Assembly (NCBI RefSeq): GCF_001194135.2
Contig: NC_068999.1
Coordinates: 39,712,874 to 39,776,873 of the forward strand
DNA from: Octopus bimaculoides
Lineage: Eukaryota
DNA: 64,000 nucleotides
Reading direction: 5' to 3'
This document shows positions 27,604 through 41,270 of this stretch, one piece after another. A program made the position numbers and the translations under genes. Every line of letters starts with the position of its first letter. Position 1 is the first letter of the stretch. The notes under the pieces were generated by a model. It had not been told where the DNA came from and did not search any database. It was given only the letters and a program-made list of their open reading frames with translations.

Positions 27604-28557
27604 CATAGAAAATATTTTAAAGACCGCAGTGCATTAATATGGTTTCATTTTATCAGATGTTTTCTGAGAAACGTTTTTCTCTATATCTATCCACCAAACC
27701 CCCTTCTCTCTCTCTTCCCCTCCATCTCTCCTCCTTCTTCTCCTCTCTCTCTCTCTCTGTATATCTATATCAATCTATGTATCCTATTGTCCACACTCTT
27801 ACAGTACTTACATATCACATTCTGAAACGCAACAATTGTCGTACAATGTTTTGACACAACTTATTAACAATAACAGTTCAATAGCGCTCTGTGTGCTTAA
27901 TAGAAGCAGTGAATTTCATAGGAATAAGGAAACTGTGTGTGTTTCCTTCATTACTCGTTGTGCGCGCGCGTGTTTAAGTTCATATGTATCTATCTTCGTA
28001 GAACCCACTTGAATACATTTAGCAGCTACGCACTGCACTAACTGTAATGTATAGAAATAAACATTTGCAAAATAGAATATATATTCTTAAACACTCTAGG
28101 GTGTTTCTATGTTAATATTATGGAAATTCGTTCTTATTATCTATTCATTATTTCCGATTTGATCCATGCATAACAACACTATACTCCATAGCGTTGTGTA
28201 ATGTATTCCAATGGCTAATCTTCATTCACCGAAGACGAAGAATACATTTATCTCCCGGGATTGCATATGATTTATTAGGGATCTGCTGAATATTCTTTTT
28301 GAATAAAAATGACGTCTCTAGCTTGTTGCTTCAAACTTAAGCGCACTTTAATAATTTTACCTTGAAATATAGCGATTTGCGATATTGTTCATCCATTGAC
28401 GTCCTTCGTCGGCTGGATTTTCTTCATTTTACAGTAGCAAAATATGTTTACTATTTTTTAAATGTTTGAGTGAGGAAAGCTTACCTGAAGTTAAACGATT
28501 CTGATAAACAATAGGGGCGGAGTGGATGAATTCAGAGATGTTATTCACACGAACATA

Positions 28558-28843
28558 GTGGCACTCCGTTGGTTACGACGACGCAGGTTCTAGTTGATCC
28601 GATCAACGGAACAGCCTGTTCGTGACATTAACGTGCAACTGTCTGAGCGATAAGGCTGGCTCTTTGAAACACAGATACAACGGAAACAGGAAGAAAGAGT
28701 GAGAGAGAGTTGTGGTGAAAGAATACAGATAGCTTTAGGTGTTTTCGCTCAATACCCACTCACAACGCCTGGTCTGGGAATCGAAACCGCGATGCTATGA
28801 CTGCGAGTCCGTTGCCCTAACCACTGAGCCATTGCGCCTCCAC
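28558..28843 (-). mobile_element. tRNA-derived SINE family C (internally deleted)
   Basis: The minus strand begins GTGGAGGCGCAATGGCTCAGTGGTTAGGGC. It has an A box (28821-28831) and B box GTTTCGATTCC (28777-28787). It is collinear with the 47392 copy but lacks two internal blocks. Confidence 0.9.
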
Positions 28844-31661
28844 ACACGAGCAGAGTAAATGAGGATTGAAGAGGAAACGATTGCAATGTCATTTGAGCAT
28901 CGTATTAAATGATTTACATTAAGTGATCCGGCTCACTATGTTCAGCATTCGAATTTAACTGAATTCCGCTTTACTTTCATCACTCTGGGGCCAATAAATG
29001 AAAGTATTAATCTAGCAATGGACTCGATGATATATCGATCGTTCCTCCATCCTCTAAAAGTGTGTCCTTGTACATAAATTATAATTATTGCTGTTGTTCA
29101 TATTCCTTATATTATAAGGTATAACCGTTGACACGCCGTTCACTAGCAAGAAAAGCTGGCTTCTTTCATTGTTAAAACATTGGTGAAACGAAATATTATG
29201 GGTGTCTGCTAATCATATTGGTCAAATACTGAAAAATATAATTCAAGACCTCATTGCAAATCCTTTCAGAATGGCGTAAGATACAGAAGAAACCGTTACA
29301 GAGGGTTTATTTTCTGTTCAACGATCACAGACATCAAAGATATATAAGGAAACTATATTATAACGTTGATATAAATAGGATATATATGTATTATACTGAT
29401 TTACTCATTGCTAGATTACGATAGTAAATGTTTGAAACTGGTGCTGTTGTCATTGGTGTAGTTGTTCTTCCCAAATCGGTATTAATCAAGCAGACGAAAG
29501 ACGCAGTGCATTCTAGTTGCGATCATTCTACCTTTTCTGCTGGTCCAGTGTATCTAGGATTACACATATTTATCTTTTTCATCAGCTTTCCTTTTTAAGT
29601 CGGTAGTGTATGGTGTGAAAGAGCTTTAACTGATTCTATTGATAAATCGAGCGGCCCTACCTATAGACATCAAACGGTTCATTTTTGCAGATCGAGCAAA
29701 AACACGCGTACACTCCAAACGGTTCAGCAAAATGAATGTTCCTAGATTAATTGCACCCGGTGAACTGGAAGATTTATTCCAGAATCATAGCGGCAAATAT
29801 TGCTTTTGATATTTTAGTAATAGCACGCTGGTGTCTCAACACTACGCCTTATAAATCAGATCAAACTACAAAATGAACATGTATGAATACTAACGCAATA
29901 GATCGTGTCTTTATACTATTCAGTAGTTAATTCAATCGCACTTGTAAGTTATAATTTTTCTGAACCATATTGTAAAGTTCTCAGCTCATATGGGTAGGAT
30001 ATTTTATTCTTTAATCATCGATTTGAATGGTGAAATACCTTAGCCCGTTTGGGAACAAAATAAGAAAATTAAGAATATGAAAACGGTGTTTGATGTCAAA
30101 GTTGAAAGTGAAGAATTCTCGTAAATGTCAGTGAATCGAAATGATGAATGGTCTTGTTATACAAGTAAATGAAGTTCGTCTTTCGGATGTTTAATGCATT
30201 TCCCCCTCAGTTGCATTGAGTATACGTGGATATCATTCAATTAGAAAGGACGCTCATATATGCCATTCTCGATAAATAGAATGAATGTTATTTGATAGTA
30301 AGGGCATTGTGGTTGGATATTTACTATTCCGGCATCCGCTAGAATTATCTGCACGCTTAATATAACTTCATACAAAGCCGTTTAAAGATCACTGTCCAAC
30401 TACTTGATTTGACACGATATTTCGGATATACCTTCTTTTATAACCACTTGAAAATCATCTTCTTAACAATATCGCAGCAGGGAAGTTTAGTTTCAATTCA
30501 GTCGTATAAGAGGCGAGATAAAATTACGTACACTACATAACTAGCAACACGAAAAGGCAATCTTTGCTCAATTGAATGAACCACAGCATAGTCTTGCAGT
30601 GGAACTAAATAAATGAAAAAGATATCCAGTTACGTGAACAAATATGCATTTCAAAGAAATATACAAATCATCGAAAAGATCTCAGTTCATGAACAAATGA
30701 AGGTGTGTAATGATTCAGGGAAGTCAGAAAGGGGATTTTAACAGGGTTGTATCATATTCACGGAGTAACATGTTATACGGAAGTATGGGCAAATAGACAA
30801 CAATCAAAAACTTTCCAACATATATTCACTTGAGGCAGCATTTAATTAAAGATGTTCTACATTACATTAGTTCTCTTTCATTAAGCGTGTATTTAGATAG
30901 ACAGACAAATAGAGGGCGATAAAGATAGATAGAGAGGGGAGAGAAGGAGAAAAAGATAGACAGATAGATAGATAGATTGACAGGTAGATAGATATCTTCA
31001 TGCAAAACGAATAGGACTAAAAATAGAATAAGAAAATACAAAGATCAAACCTACAATATTGCAATGTGACGATGTGTCCTATACTGAATAAGATATTAAA
31101 AATATTGATTTCAAATTTTGGCTGAAGGCCAACGCACACATACATTTATATATATATATATATATATATATANNNNNNNNNNNNNNNNNNNNNNNNNNNN
31201 NNNNNNNNNNNNNNNNNNNNNNNNNNNNNNNNNNNNNNNNNNNNNNNNNNNNNNNNNNNNNNNNNNNNNNNNNNNNNNNNNNNNNNNNNNNNNNNNNNNN
31301 NNNNNNNNNNNNNNNNNNNNNNNNNNNNNNNNNNNNNNNNNNNNNNNNNNNNNNNNNNNNNNNNNNNNNNNNNNNNNNNNNNNNNNNNNNNNNNNNNNNN
31401 NNNNNNNNNNNNNNNNNNNNNNNNNNNNNNNNNNNNNNNNNNNNNNNNNNNNNNNNNNNNNNNNNNNNNNNNNNNNNNNNNNNNNNNNNNNNNNNNNNNN
31501 NNNNNNNNNNNNNNNNNNNNNNNNNNNNNNNNNNNNNNNNNNNNNNNNNNNNNNNNNNNNNNNNNNNNNNNNNNNNNNNNNNNNNNNNNNNNNNNNNNNN
31601 NNNNNNNNNNNNNNNNNNNNNNNNNNNNNNNNNNNNNNNNNNNNNNNNNNNNNNNNNNNNN

Positions 31662-31807
31662 CCCTCTTCAAATCTTTCTCTGCGACTCACAGGTCTACAC
31701 TTATAACGGCACCATCCACTCTTGCCATTTTCTCAACTTTCACCCATTTTTTCAATAAACACACTTCAGGCGAGTACTTCCCTCGCCACTCTCAATTTCC
31801 TTTTCCA
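31662..31807 (-). mobile_element. 3' end of an L1/Tx1-like LINE ORF2 (decayed, tentative clade)
   Basis: The minus strand reads HWKRKLRVAREVLA*SVFIEK, a +1 shift, then WVKVEKMARVDGAVISVDL*. This resembles the C-terminal K.K.R.ER.......F..RW motif of L1/Tx1 ORF2. The purine-rich 3' UTR runs into the gap. Confidence 0.55.
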
Positions 31808-31811
31808 ATGA

Positions 31812-31878
<67 letters not shown>
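31812..31878. repeat. (AAT)n, expanded tail of the adjacent minus-strand SINE A
   Basis: The run abuts the 3' end of the SINE at 31881, and family A tails are (ATT)n on the element strand. Confidence 0.85.
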
Positions 31879-31880
<2 letters not shown>

Positions 31881-32074
31881 AATCCCTTCTATTGCATGGA
31901 CAGAAATATGGGGGAAGGGATTAGGTCGATTCCATCGGCCGCAGTGCGTAACTGGTACTCATTCAAACGACTCCGAAAGGATGAATATCAAAGTCGAACT
32001 CGGCGAAATTTAAGCTGAGAATGTAGTGAGGGACAAAATGCCGCTAAGCTTTTGCCCGGCGTGCTAACTCTACC
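31881..32074 (-). mobile_element. SINE family A
   Basis: GGTCGATTCCATCGGCCGCAGTGCGTAACTGGTACTC..GAAAGGATGAATATCAAAGTCGAACTCGGCGAAATTT..GCCGCTAAGCTTTTGCCCGGCGTGCTAAC. Confidence 0.88.
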
Positions 32075-32202
32075 AAACTACCGATTTCTTATAAACTTAC
32101 CATTAATAACACTCCCACCTAAAACCGAGTGAACTATAAACACTAAACCACAGATAGACCATACAACCAATAAAATAATACAAGTACCAATCCATATAGG
32201 TA

Positions 32203-32249
<47 letters not shown>

Positions 32250-32670
32250 TACTGATACCGAGTCAAGTTAGCTTGCCTGATGATCGCACCGGCATGAAAA
32301 TCGAGTTGCCTATCACCACTGCTTCAGTTTTAATACCACACATACACACAACCACACACATACATACAAACACATACACACACACACGCATATGTGCACC
32401 CGCAAACACATGCTCTCATACGCACGTATGCGCGCACATACACACAGAGAAACAGGTACGTATACATAGCAGTTGTTCGACCAAATGAATTATTTGCCTT
32501 TAAATTAAAGAGTAATTGGTGGAGTATCCGCACACACATGGGACTTGAGGTAATTATTAGCGAGAAGTGCAGCAACAATATAGGAGACCAGTCTGTATAT
32601 TTAAAAATAAATTCACATATTACATGCACAGAAACACGCGCACATGCGTTTCTGTTTGTGTGTCCATTCG

Positions 32671-32714
<44 letters not shown>

Positions 32715-33902
32715 GTCCACTGTAGTGTGTGTATACATACATACTCATAGATACATAAACAAACACACACTCACACTCTCATATATACAGATTCATAGGT
32801 AATTTTATATGTGTGTATGTATGTATATATATACATACATACATACATACATGTATATATATNNNNNNNNNNNNNNNNNNNNNNNNNNNNNNNNNNNNNN
32901 NNNNNNNNNNNNNNNNNNNNNNNNNNNNNNNNNNNNNNNNNNNNNNNNNNNNNNNNNNNNNNNNNNNNNNNNNNNNNNNNNNNNNNNNNNNNNNNNNNNN
33001 NNNNNNNNNNNNNNNNNNNNNNNNNNNNNNNNNNNNNNNNNNNNNNNNNNNNNNNNNNNNNNNNNNNNNNNNNNNNNNNNNNNNNNNNNNATATATATAT
33101 ATATATATATACATCATGTCACATTACAATATATTTAATATGCATCCCTATGTTATATCTAGATAAATATTTGTCGTATAAATATTGACAGAGATAAATA
33201 TTCCTATGCGCCATTATCAACATTAATAAAACTGTGCAGAAGCATAGAGCGGAACAACCAGTTAATGATAATCCGCAAACTATACAACACTTCATTTGTG
33301 CATATATTTCAGTTTGATTGTGTTTACTTCTAACAAATTTCTCCTGAATATTAAATCAAATTACATTATGTTGATTATGGAGTTATGAAGGAATTAAATA
33401 ACAGACAAATAGCATGGATGCTCGATTATGTTCACTGTTCTATTTTATTTTGACATGTGTAGATAAATATACTCATACATATTCATAATTGGATGTACGT
33501 CTGCATGTCTGTGAGTGTGTATATGTAAAATCATATGTTATGCGTATACATATATACGTGTTCATAATGCATGTTACTGTTTCATAGAGAGAGTATATAG
33601 TTATGAGATATTATCCAGGCAGTTTATAAAATACGCATAGTATTTGCAAGGAAGTTTCAAGCCCTGGGTCCATAACCTCTAGGATTTGGAGTTTACTTTG
33701 GGATACTTGGCATGTTTTAAAAACCTGCCTAGATTATATCTTCGGTATTGTGCATGTTAAACGAGACTGATCTCTCACCAAATAGATCACATCTTCTGGT
33801 ACTCTTACCTGAACGGAAAAGTAGAATATAATGTATATTACATATGTATATATCATATAATATGCATTAAACTTGTATATCTATGCATATCTTATACGCA
33901 TG

Positions 33903-33937
<35 letters not shown>

Positions 33938-33995
33938 TGTATGTATGTATATATATATATATATATACATACATATATGTTTGTATGTAAAAGAT

Positions 33996-34032
<37 letters not shown>

Positions 34033-34605
34033 GTGTGCGTGTGTGTGTGTGTGTCAACAAATTCGTTTTATCGATACCAATTACGCTGCTGGTGATTTTC
34101 GTATGTCCCCGATATATTTCTGTGTTTTTAACACTGTACATTTATGTAGAATGCTTTGTATTATAAACGTATATATGACCCAAATCACAATGCGCTCGAC
34201 AGAGTAAATGCTCCAATTATGGTATACCGATAGCTAACAGGCACTAATAGATGTTCCGCAGCTAAGAACGGAATGTTATTAAACTGCCTTCTAAATGCGA
34301 GGCCATTGACCTTCCAGTCGTTGTTTGAATATTGAATATGTCAACCAATAGTATATTGCGGTTTAGCATTTGATGTGTGTAGATATTTGCAACTGATGAG
34401 TCTAAAAAAAGAAAAACAAAAATGATGAAATTTGTATTTAAATATGCCACTGCCACTGCAAGTCGCTCCTTATATATTCCTGTATTTTTTCCACATGTTT
34501 GTTTAAAAAGATCAGTTCTCCTGATGAACACAGAAGTTTAGAAAGCTTTCAACCGTATATAGGATTTAAGTGTCATATACAATTCGCTAACACACATATA
34601 CAGAA

Positions 34606-34641
<36 letters not shown>

Positions 34642-34667
34642 TTATATATACATGTATACATACAAAG

Positions 34668-34699
<32 letters not shown>

Positions 34700-35697
34700 N
34701 NNNNNNNNNNNNNNNNNNNNNNNNNNNNNNNNNNNNNNNNNNNNNNNNNNNNNNNNNNNNNNNNNNNNNNNNNNNNNNNNNNNNNNNNNNNNNNNNNNNN
34801 NNNNNNNNNNNNNNNNNNNNNNNNNNNNNNNNNNNNNNNNNNNNNNNNNNNNNNNNNNNNNNNNNNNNNNNNNNNNNNNNNNNNNNNNNNNNNNNNNNNN
34901 NNNNNNNNNNNNNNNNNNNNNNNNNNNNNNNNNNNNNNNNNNNNNNNNNNNNNNNNNNNNNNNNNNNNNNNNNNNNNNNNNNNNNNNNNNNNNNNNNNNN
35001 NNNNNNNNNNNNNNNNNNNNNNNNNNNNNNNNNNNNNNNNNNNNNNNNNNNNNNNNNNNNNNNNNNNNNNNNNNNNNNNNNNNNNNNNNNNNNNNNNNNN
35101 NNNNNNNNNNNNNNNNNNNNNNNNNNNNNNNNNNNNNNNNNNNNNNNNNNNNNNNNNNNNNNNNNNNNNNNNNNNNNNNNNNNNNNNNNNNNNNNNNNNN
35201 NNNNNNNNNNNNNNNNNNNNNNNNNNNNNNNNNNNNNNNNNNNNNNNNNNNNNNNNNNNNNNNNNNNNNNNNNNNNNNNNNNNNNNNNNNNNNNNNNNNN
35301 NNNNNNNNNNNNNNNNNNNNNNNNNNNNNNNNNNNNNNNNNNNNNNNNNNNNNNNNNNNNNNNNNNNNNNNNNNNNNNNNNNNNNNNNNNNNNNNNNNNN
35401 NNNNNNNNNNNNNNNNNNNNNNNNNNNNNNNNNNNNNNNNNNNNNNNNNNNNNNNNNNNNNNNNNNNNNNNNNNNNNNNNNNNNNNNNNNNNNNNNNNNN
35501 NNNNNNNNNNNNNNNNNNNNNNNNNNNNNNNNNNNNNNNNNNNNNNNNNNNNNNNNNNNNNNNNNNNNNNNNNNNNNNNNNNNNNNNNNNNNNNNNNNNN
35601 NNNNNNNNNNNNNNNNNNNNNNNNNNNNNNNNNNNNNNNNNNNNNNNNNNNNNNNNNNNNNNNNNNNNNNNNNNNTATATATATATATATATATATA

Positions 35698-35885
35698 TTA
35701 CTTGGTTCAGTCAATTGACTGTGACCATGCTATAGCATCACTTTCATTAAGTTGAGACGAACGAATCGCTCCCAGTTTTTACACTATTCAAGGCTGGTAA
35801 TCATTCTGTCTGGTCTTTTGCTGAACCACTAAGTTACAGCTACATAAACACGCCAACACTGGTTTGCCATGTGAAGGTGAGTCAC
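35698..35885 (-). mobile_element. SINE family B, 3' half
   Basis: GGTTCAGTCAATTGACTGTGACCATGCT is the reverse-complement homologue of AGCATGGCCGCAGTCAAATGACTGAAAC. Also TCTTTTGCTGAACCACTAAGTTAC..CACGCCAACAC. Confidence 0.8.
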
Positions 35886-37033
35886 ACACACACACACACA
35901 AATACACACGAATACACATATAAATATATACGGGGTCTGATCAATACGTATCTGGGCTATTGCCTTAGTAACAAACCCATAGCTCGCAGAGTAAAGCCAC
36001 TTGGCATAAATTGACCGAAGTCTCTGCCGTGCTTCCACATTAAGTTTTTACGGTGTAGCTAACTTCCGCTGTTTACAACAGTACTTAGTAGCAAGATGTG
36101 TAGTGTGGATTGTATGTGTGCAACTTAACATAGATAAGTTAAAGATTCTCTAAGCGGGACAAGCAAATGAGAATGACCATAAATGTTTAGAAATATAAAG
36201 TGAACATTGCAAACAAGGATGTGCGTGTGTGTGTGTGTGTGTGTGTTTGTGTCCGTTTATATGTGTATGTATATGTTTGTGTGTTTGCTTACTTCTGTCT
36301 GGTGACATTTTTTTGTACACTTTACTCTATCGTATTGAAAGTTACACCAGAAACTATGTGTTGAGAAAATAACATGTATTTTTAAACCAAGAATCTAATT
36401 CGCAAAACCGCAACAAAGTATGGCTACAAAATAATACAAATATATAATGAAAGACAATCTATTACTGCACGAAAGTTACTAAAATTCTGACATCCTGATG
36501 ACCAAATTGCATGTCGGTAATAAACATGTGTAGACAGAATAGAATTGAATATGGTTCAATGCCCTGCTGGGTCTTGTCTGTGCCAGAGATACACGGACGC
36601 ATCAACTGTCCAGTTTATCATTACATTATTAGTGAAATATAATGAAAACAAATTTAATTAAATTCTGAAAGGTGTTTTATTTTCAAAACAGCACAAGGAA
36701 AAATTCCATTCAAATAGTCCTCCATTCTAATAAACGACAAAAAAAAAAAATGTTCTATTCAGTGTGACGGGATTTTTCGAGAGCAGTTGATAAATGCTCA
36801 TTCCTGAATTTTTTTTTTTAATGTTTTTTAACACAACTCTTCAACAGTTAAGTATTTCATGAAGGCGATAGACGGAAAATAATTCAGTGACTATTTCACA
36901 ACGTCTGAAAACCAATTTAAGACAAGAAGAAAAGAAACCATATAGGCGTGACCCTGTGATAAAAAGCTTGTTTACCAGCCACATGGTGTGAGAGGTTTAT
37001 CTTGCCTTAATGTGTGTCATCCCCCTTAGAAAT

Positions 37034-37106
<73 letters not shown>

Positions 37107-37204
37107 ATGTATGTATATATANNNNNNNNNNNNNNNNNNNNNNNNNNNNNNNNNNNNNNNNNNNNNNNNNNNNNNNNNNNNNNNNNNNNNNNNNNNNNNN
37201 NNNN

Positions 37205-37247
<43 letters not shown>

Positions 37248-37417
37248 ATGTATGTATAAACAAAAGACGAAGACGGGTGTGTACACAACAAACAGATGTA
37301 TTAGTTTCACGCTCGGGAAGTGAGAAAGTCTTTTACGTTTCGAGAAAAAAATATATATGTAAAGACGGTGTTTCTTTCGGTTTTCGCCTAGAAGTATGTA
37401 TGCGTGTGTGTGTATGC

Positions 37418-37605
37418 GTTGTTACCCTCACCATGGATCGACAAGTGGTCTTGGTATATTTATATCCCCGTAATGTACAGGTTCGGCAAAAGAGGTGGAT
37501 ATAGAAAGAAAAAAAAGCAACGGTGTCGCTTTGTTCGAATAAACCGTTCAAGGTGTTTGCCCTGGAACATCCACACTGTAATTATGGAACCAGGTAAAAG
37601 ATGAA
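37418..37605 (+). mobile_element. SINE family B, degenerate 3' half
   Basis: TTTATATCCCCGTAATGTACAGGTTCGGCAAAAGAG matches the family B block GTTTACGTCCCCGCAACTTAGTGGTTCGGCAAAAGAG. Confidence 0.6.
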
Positions 37606-37689
37606 CTACTAAAGTTAAATAAACCCGAAATAGTCATACTGCATTTTTTGTTGTGCTTCTTGGGAGTTTAGCTACCTGCAGCTGTTGCA

Positions 37690-37726
<37 letters not shown>

Positions 37727-37731
37727 GCTCG

Positions 37732-37774
<43 letters not shown>

Positions 37775-39289
37775 CTACAGTCTCTACACCTTATGATGAT
37801 CACCAGAGGATCAGCAATTCACAACTGGTCATATATTAATTACCTTTCCCCTCATCTTCATCATCATCATCATCATCATCATCATCTCCTTTTTTTCCTA
37901 CTCCTCACCCTCCTGTTAGAACAGGTCAGTTTTTCTTCTTGAAAATCTACCAACAGCTGCTAGGTGAAACAACGAGGTAATGTTACTTATAAATCGATAA
38001 ACAAAGGCACTATCAACTCGCACGTAATTTAGTATCTTAGTACCATTGTGCAATAAATTCAATTTTCCTTCAGAAGGTAAACGTGTGTATATCGTTTGTC
38101 CCTCATTCCACTTTATTATTTATTCCTTATTTATTGTAACATCAGTCGGTAGTTTAGCGAGACTTGCGTTCCTGGCGAGGCTATTCACAGATATATTGAA
38201 TATATCGTACATATATTGAATGTATCATATACGTCTTGCATAAATTTCATTAATGTTTATGTATATGTATATATATATATATATATATATNNNNNNNNNN
38301 NNNNNNNNNNNNNNNNNNNNNNNNNNNNNNNNNNNNNNNNNNNNNNNNNNNNNNNNNNNNNNNNNNNNNNNNNNNNNNNNNNNNNNNNNNNNNNNNNNNN
38401 NNNNNNNNNNNNNNNNNNNNNNNNNNNNNNNNNNNNNNNNNNNNNNNNNNNNNNNNNNNNNNNNNNNNNNNNNNNNNNNNNNNNNNNNNNNNNNNNNNNN
38501 NNNNNNNNNNNNNNNNNNNNNNNNNNNNNNNNNNNNNNNNNNNNNNNNNNNNNNNNNNNNNNNNNNNNNNNNNNNNNNNNNNNNNNNNNNNNNNNNNNNN
38601 NNNNNNNNNNNNNNNNNNNNNNNNNNNNNNNNNNNNNNNNNNNNNNNNNNNNNNNNNNNNNNNNNNNNNNNNNNNNNNNNNNNNNNNNNNNNNNNNNNNN
38701 NNNNNNNNNNNNNNNNNNNNNNNNNNNNNNNNNNNNNNNNNNNNNNNNNNNNNNNNNNNNNNNNNNNNNNNNNNNNNNNNNNNNNNNNNNNNNNNNNNNN
38801 NNNNNNNNNNNNNNNNNNNNNNNNNNNNNNNNNNNNNNNNNNNNNNNNNNNNNNNNNNNNNNNNNNNNNNNNNNNNNNNNNNNNNNNNNNNNNNNNATAT
38901 ATATATATATATATAACTGAACAATTATACTTCAATCGTATCCGTATTCACTATGTTCCCCGTCACCGCAGCCTGCAATCGCTGAAGTAAATTAGTTACA
39001 GTTTAATTCAGGAGCCATATGACAGCATGAAAATAGATATTCGTTATTTTTAATTAGGAAAAATTCGTCGGAATTAGAATACCTATCAAGATTTAGACAA
39101 AAGAAAAGAAAACGGAAACAATAAAATAAGATGTATCATGGTGTATTAATATACTAATATCGGTAGAGACCGTTCAATTAAAAGTATTTGCTTTGTACCA
39201 CAACAATTAGTATTCTGGTTATTAATGTTGTTATCATTATTACTTTCAACGCCGTCATCAGCGGCAGCAGCACCACCAGTAACATCATC

Positions 39290-39495
39290 ACCATGGTCAT
39301 AAAAGCCATCATCATCGTCATCGTCGGCGTCGTTATCATCATCTTCACCGTCCACCTCCTCTTCCTCCTACTCCTACCCTTCGTACTCCTCCTCCTCCTC
39401 CTCATCATCATCATTATCATCATCACTCTCATTATTAATATTTTTTATGATCGTTTTCTTCATTGTTATTCTTATGTTATATGAAGTACTAGTAA

Positions 39496-39528
<33 letters not shown>
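39290..39528. repeat. Compound (CAT)/(CCT)/(AGT) low-complexity tract
   Basis: Directly visible. Source of the D-rich and I/L-rich ORFs. Confidence 0.9.
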
Positions 39529-39529
<1 letters not shown>

Positions 39530-40447
39530 CTAGTTGATAGTATTAATCATTGGAAGATTTCCACGATATTTTGGCTTAATCTCAATATTCATTTTGAATT
39601 ATTTTAAACTCATTGTCCAAGTGAATGTCTATATTTAATAACTTTTCATCAGATTGAAGTTTTAGAAGTGTGCAAAAGCAATTTCATGTCGACCAAGAAT
39701 TTATTGCATTCTCTCGAAATAACAGTATGCATAAATAAACGAGGAAAATGAAAGAAAACACGCAAAAACAAAGATAATAAAGACAAATAACTACAAAACA
39801 AATGAACGAAAAGTTGGCAAAAATATAAAACGAAAAAAATATAAACGGAAACCAGAAAGACCTAAGAGATATGAGATATCAATATCAATATATACGTTTT
39901 TCATCAATACCTAACTGCACTATATTAATTAATTATTAGATACATTAATTTGCTTCCGAAGAGTAAAAGAATAAAAAATCAGATTTTTATCTGACTAAAT
40001 ATTCGGATCAAATAGTCGATTCGCACGGCCATTCACTAGATATTGGAGAAAGATATGTGATGTATCTTCTAAACGCCAAGTGAAAGTAATCATTCCAAAT
40101 GGAATGCAATGTTTCACTATGTCGGTTTCATAGACAGAGCCAGAACGCTACATTAAATATAACTTTTGTTATGCTAATTACGATATGGAAAATTAACTTC
40201 TGATAACTTGTTTCAATACTATGTAAACTTTATTGGCGTGTAGCTATAGAATTCTCGATAAGCATACTACATGCAACGATCCACGTCTGTCTCCCGTTTC
40301 GATTTCCGATTGAAAACCAATTCCACTATTTCTCGTCACATTTGGCATAATCTCATTTCTCTTCCCTGTAATCTTCCAGTCAAGCGTCTAATTAAAATAC
40401 TAATATATAAACACACTCTCATACATACATTTACATATGTATACATG

Positions 40448-40481
<34 letters not shown>

Positions 40482-41109
40482 NNNNNNNNNNNNNNNNNNN
40501 NNNNNNNNNNNNNNNNNNNNNNNNNNNATATATATATATATGTATGTATACATATATATATACATACATATTGGCAAATTCTGCTATTTACTTGGTGTCT
40601 CGATGCGATATGTTCTGAGTTTATAAATCTACAGAAGTTCAAGTTTACTTTTATATATCTTAATTCGACGAAACCATTTCTAGAGTAGGAATTTACGTCC
40701 GTTCTTTGGAAACTTCGAAAGTGTATCTACCTCGTAATATTCTTTGCCTTAGAACTATGTAATGGATCAATTCTGGGAAACGTCTTACTGTTATTAGTGA
40801 GCAGGGGGTGATACTTAAATAATTATGTACTAAATGTTAGTTGATATCGTTTATTAATATATAAATGGACATGGCAACGAAAGAAATTCTACATGTTGTT
40901 TGGAACTACTAAACGTTACTGCCATAGATCTCACCGATCATTTAGCAAAGGTTACTGAGACATAGCACGCGGTGTTTCTCAATACAACATCTCCAGTTAA
41001 AAATATAGTTGGGTATGGCTACAGCATCACTGATTTGACACTAATTCAAACATGTTTTGTGATGTAATTCTCGCCAAGTACTATAATCTATTTCGCATTG
41101 AAAGTCACC

Positions 41110-41270
41110 TCTATACGTCTCAAGGTTATACTGTCGCAGAAGATTTTGGCCAGTGTGTGGTCGAACTGAAAATGCCGCACGTGTTCATCGAACCACTCAA
41201 CCACTCGACTGTGTATATGACCAACATGATAAGTCAAAAAGACATGTCGGAATGTTTCCACGGTATAAGA
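41110..41270 (-). mobile_element. Tc1-like transposase relic (catalytic-domain C-half)
   Basis: The minus strand reads HVFLTYHVGHIHSRVVEWFDEHVRHFQF, then after a shift HWPKS. This resembles the Tc1 pattern IFQQDNA..H..R.V.EWF.EH..EF....WP..SPD. Confidence 0.45.

Noticed and set aside
28485-28500. 16-nt minus-strand AG...GTAAGC microexon-like motif
   Set aside because: It introduces a stop when joined to the 51735 candidate, lies near a SINE end and is within chance expectation.
32277-32305. Other CTGATGA hits (also about 34521 and 36496)
   Set aside because: None has a properly closed stem II followed by GAAA plus stems III and I.
34499-35755. Longest ORFs in the track (200-418 aa)
   Set aside because: They are open only because they run through N-gaps.
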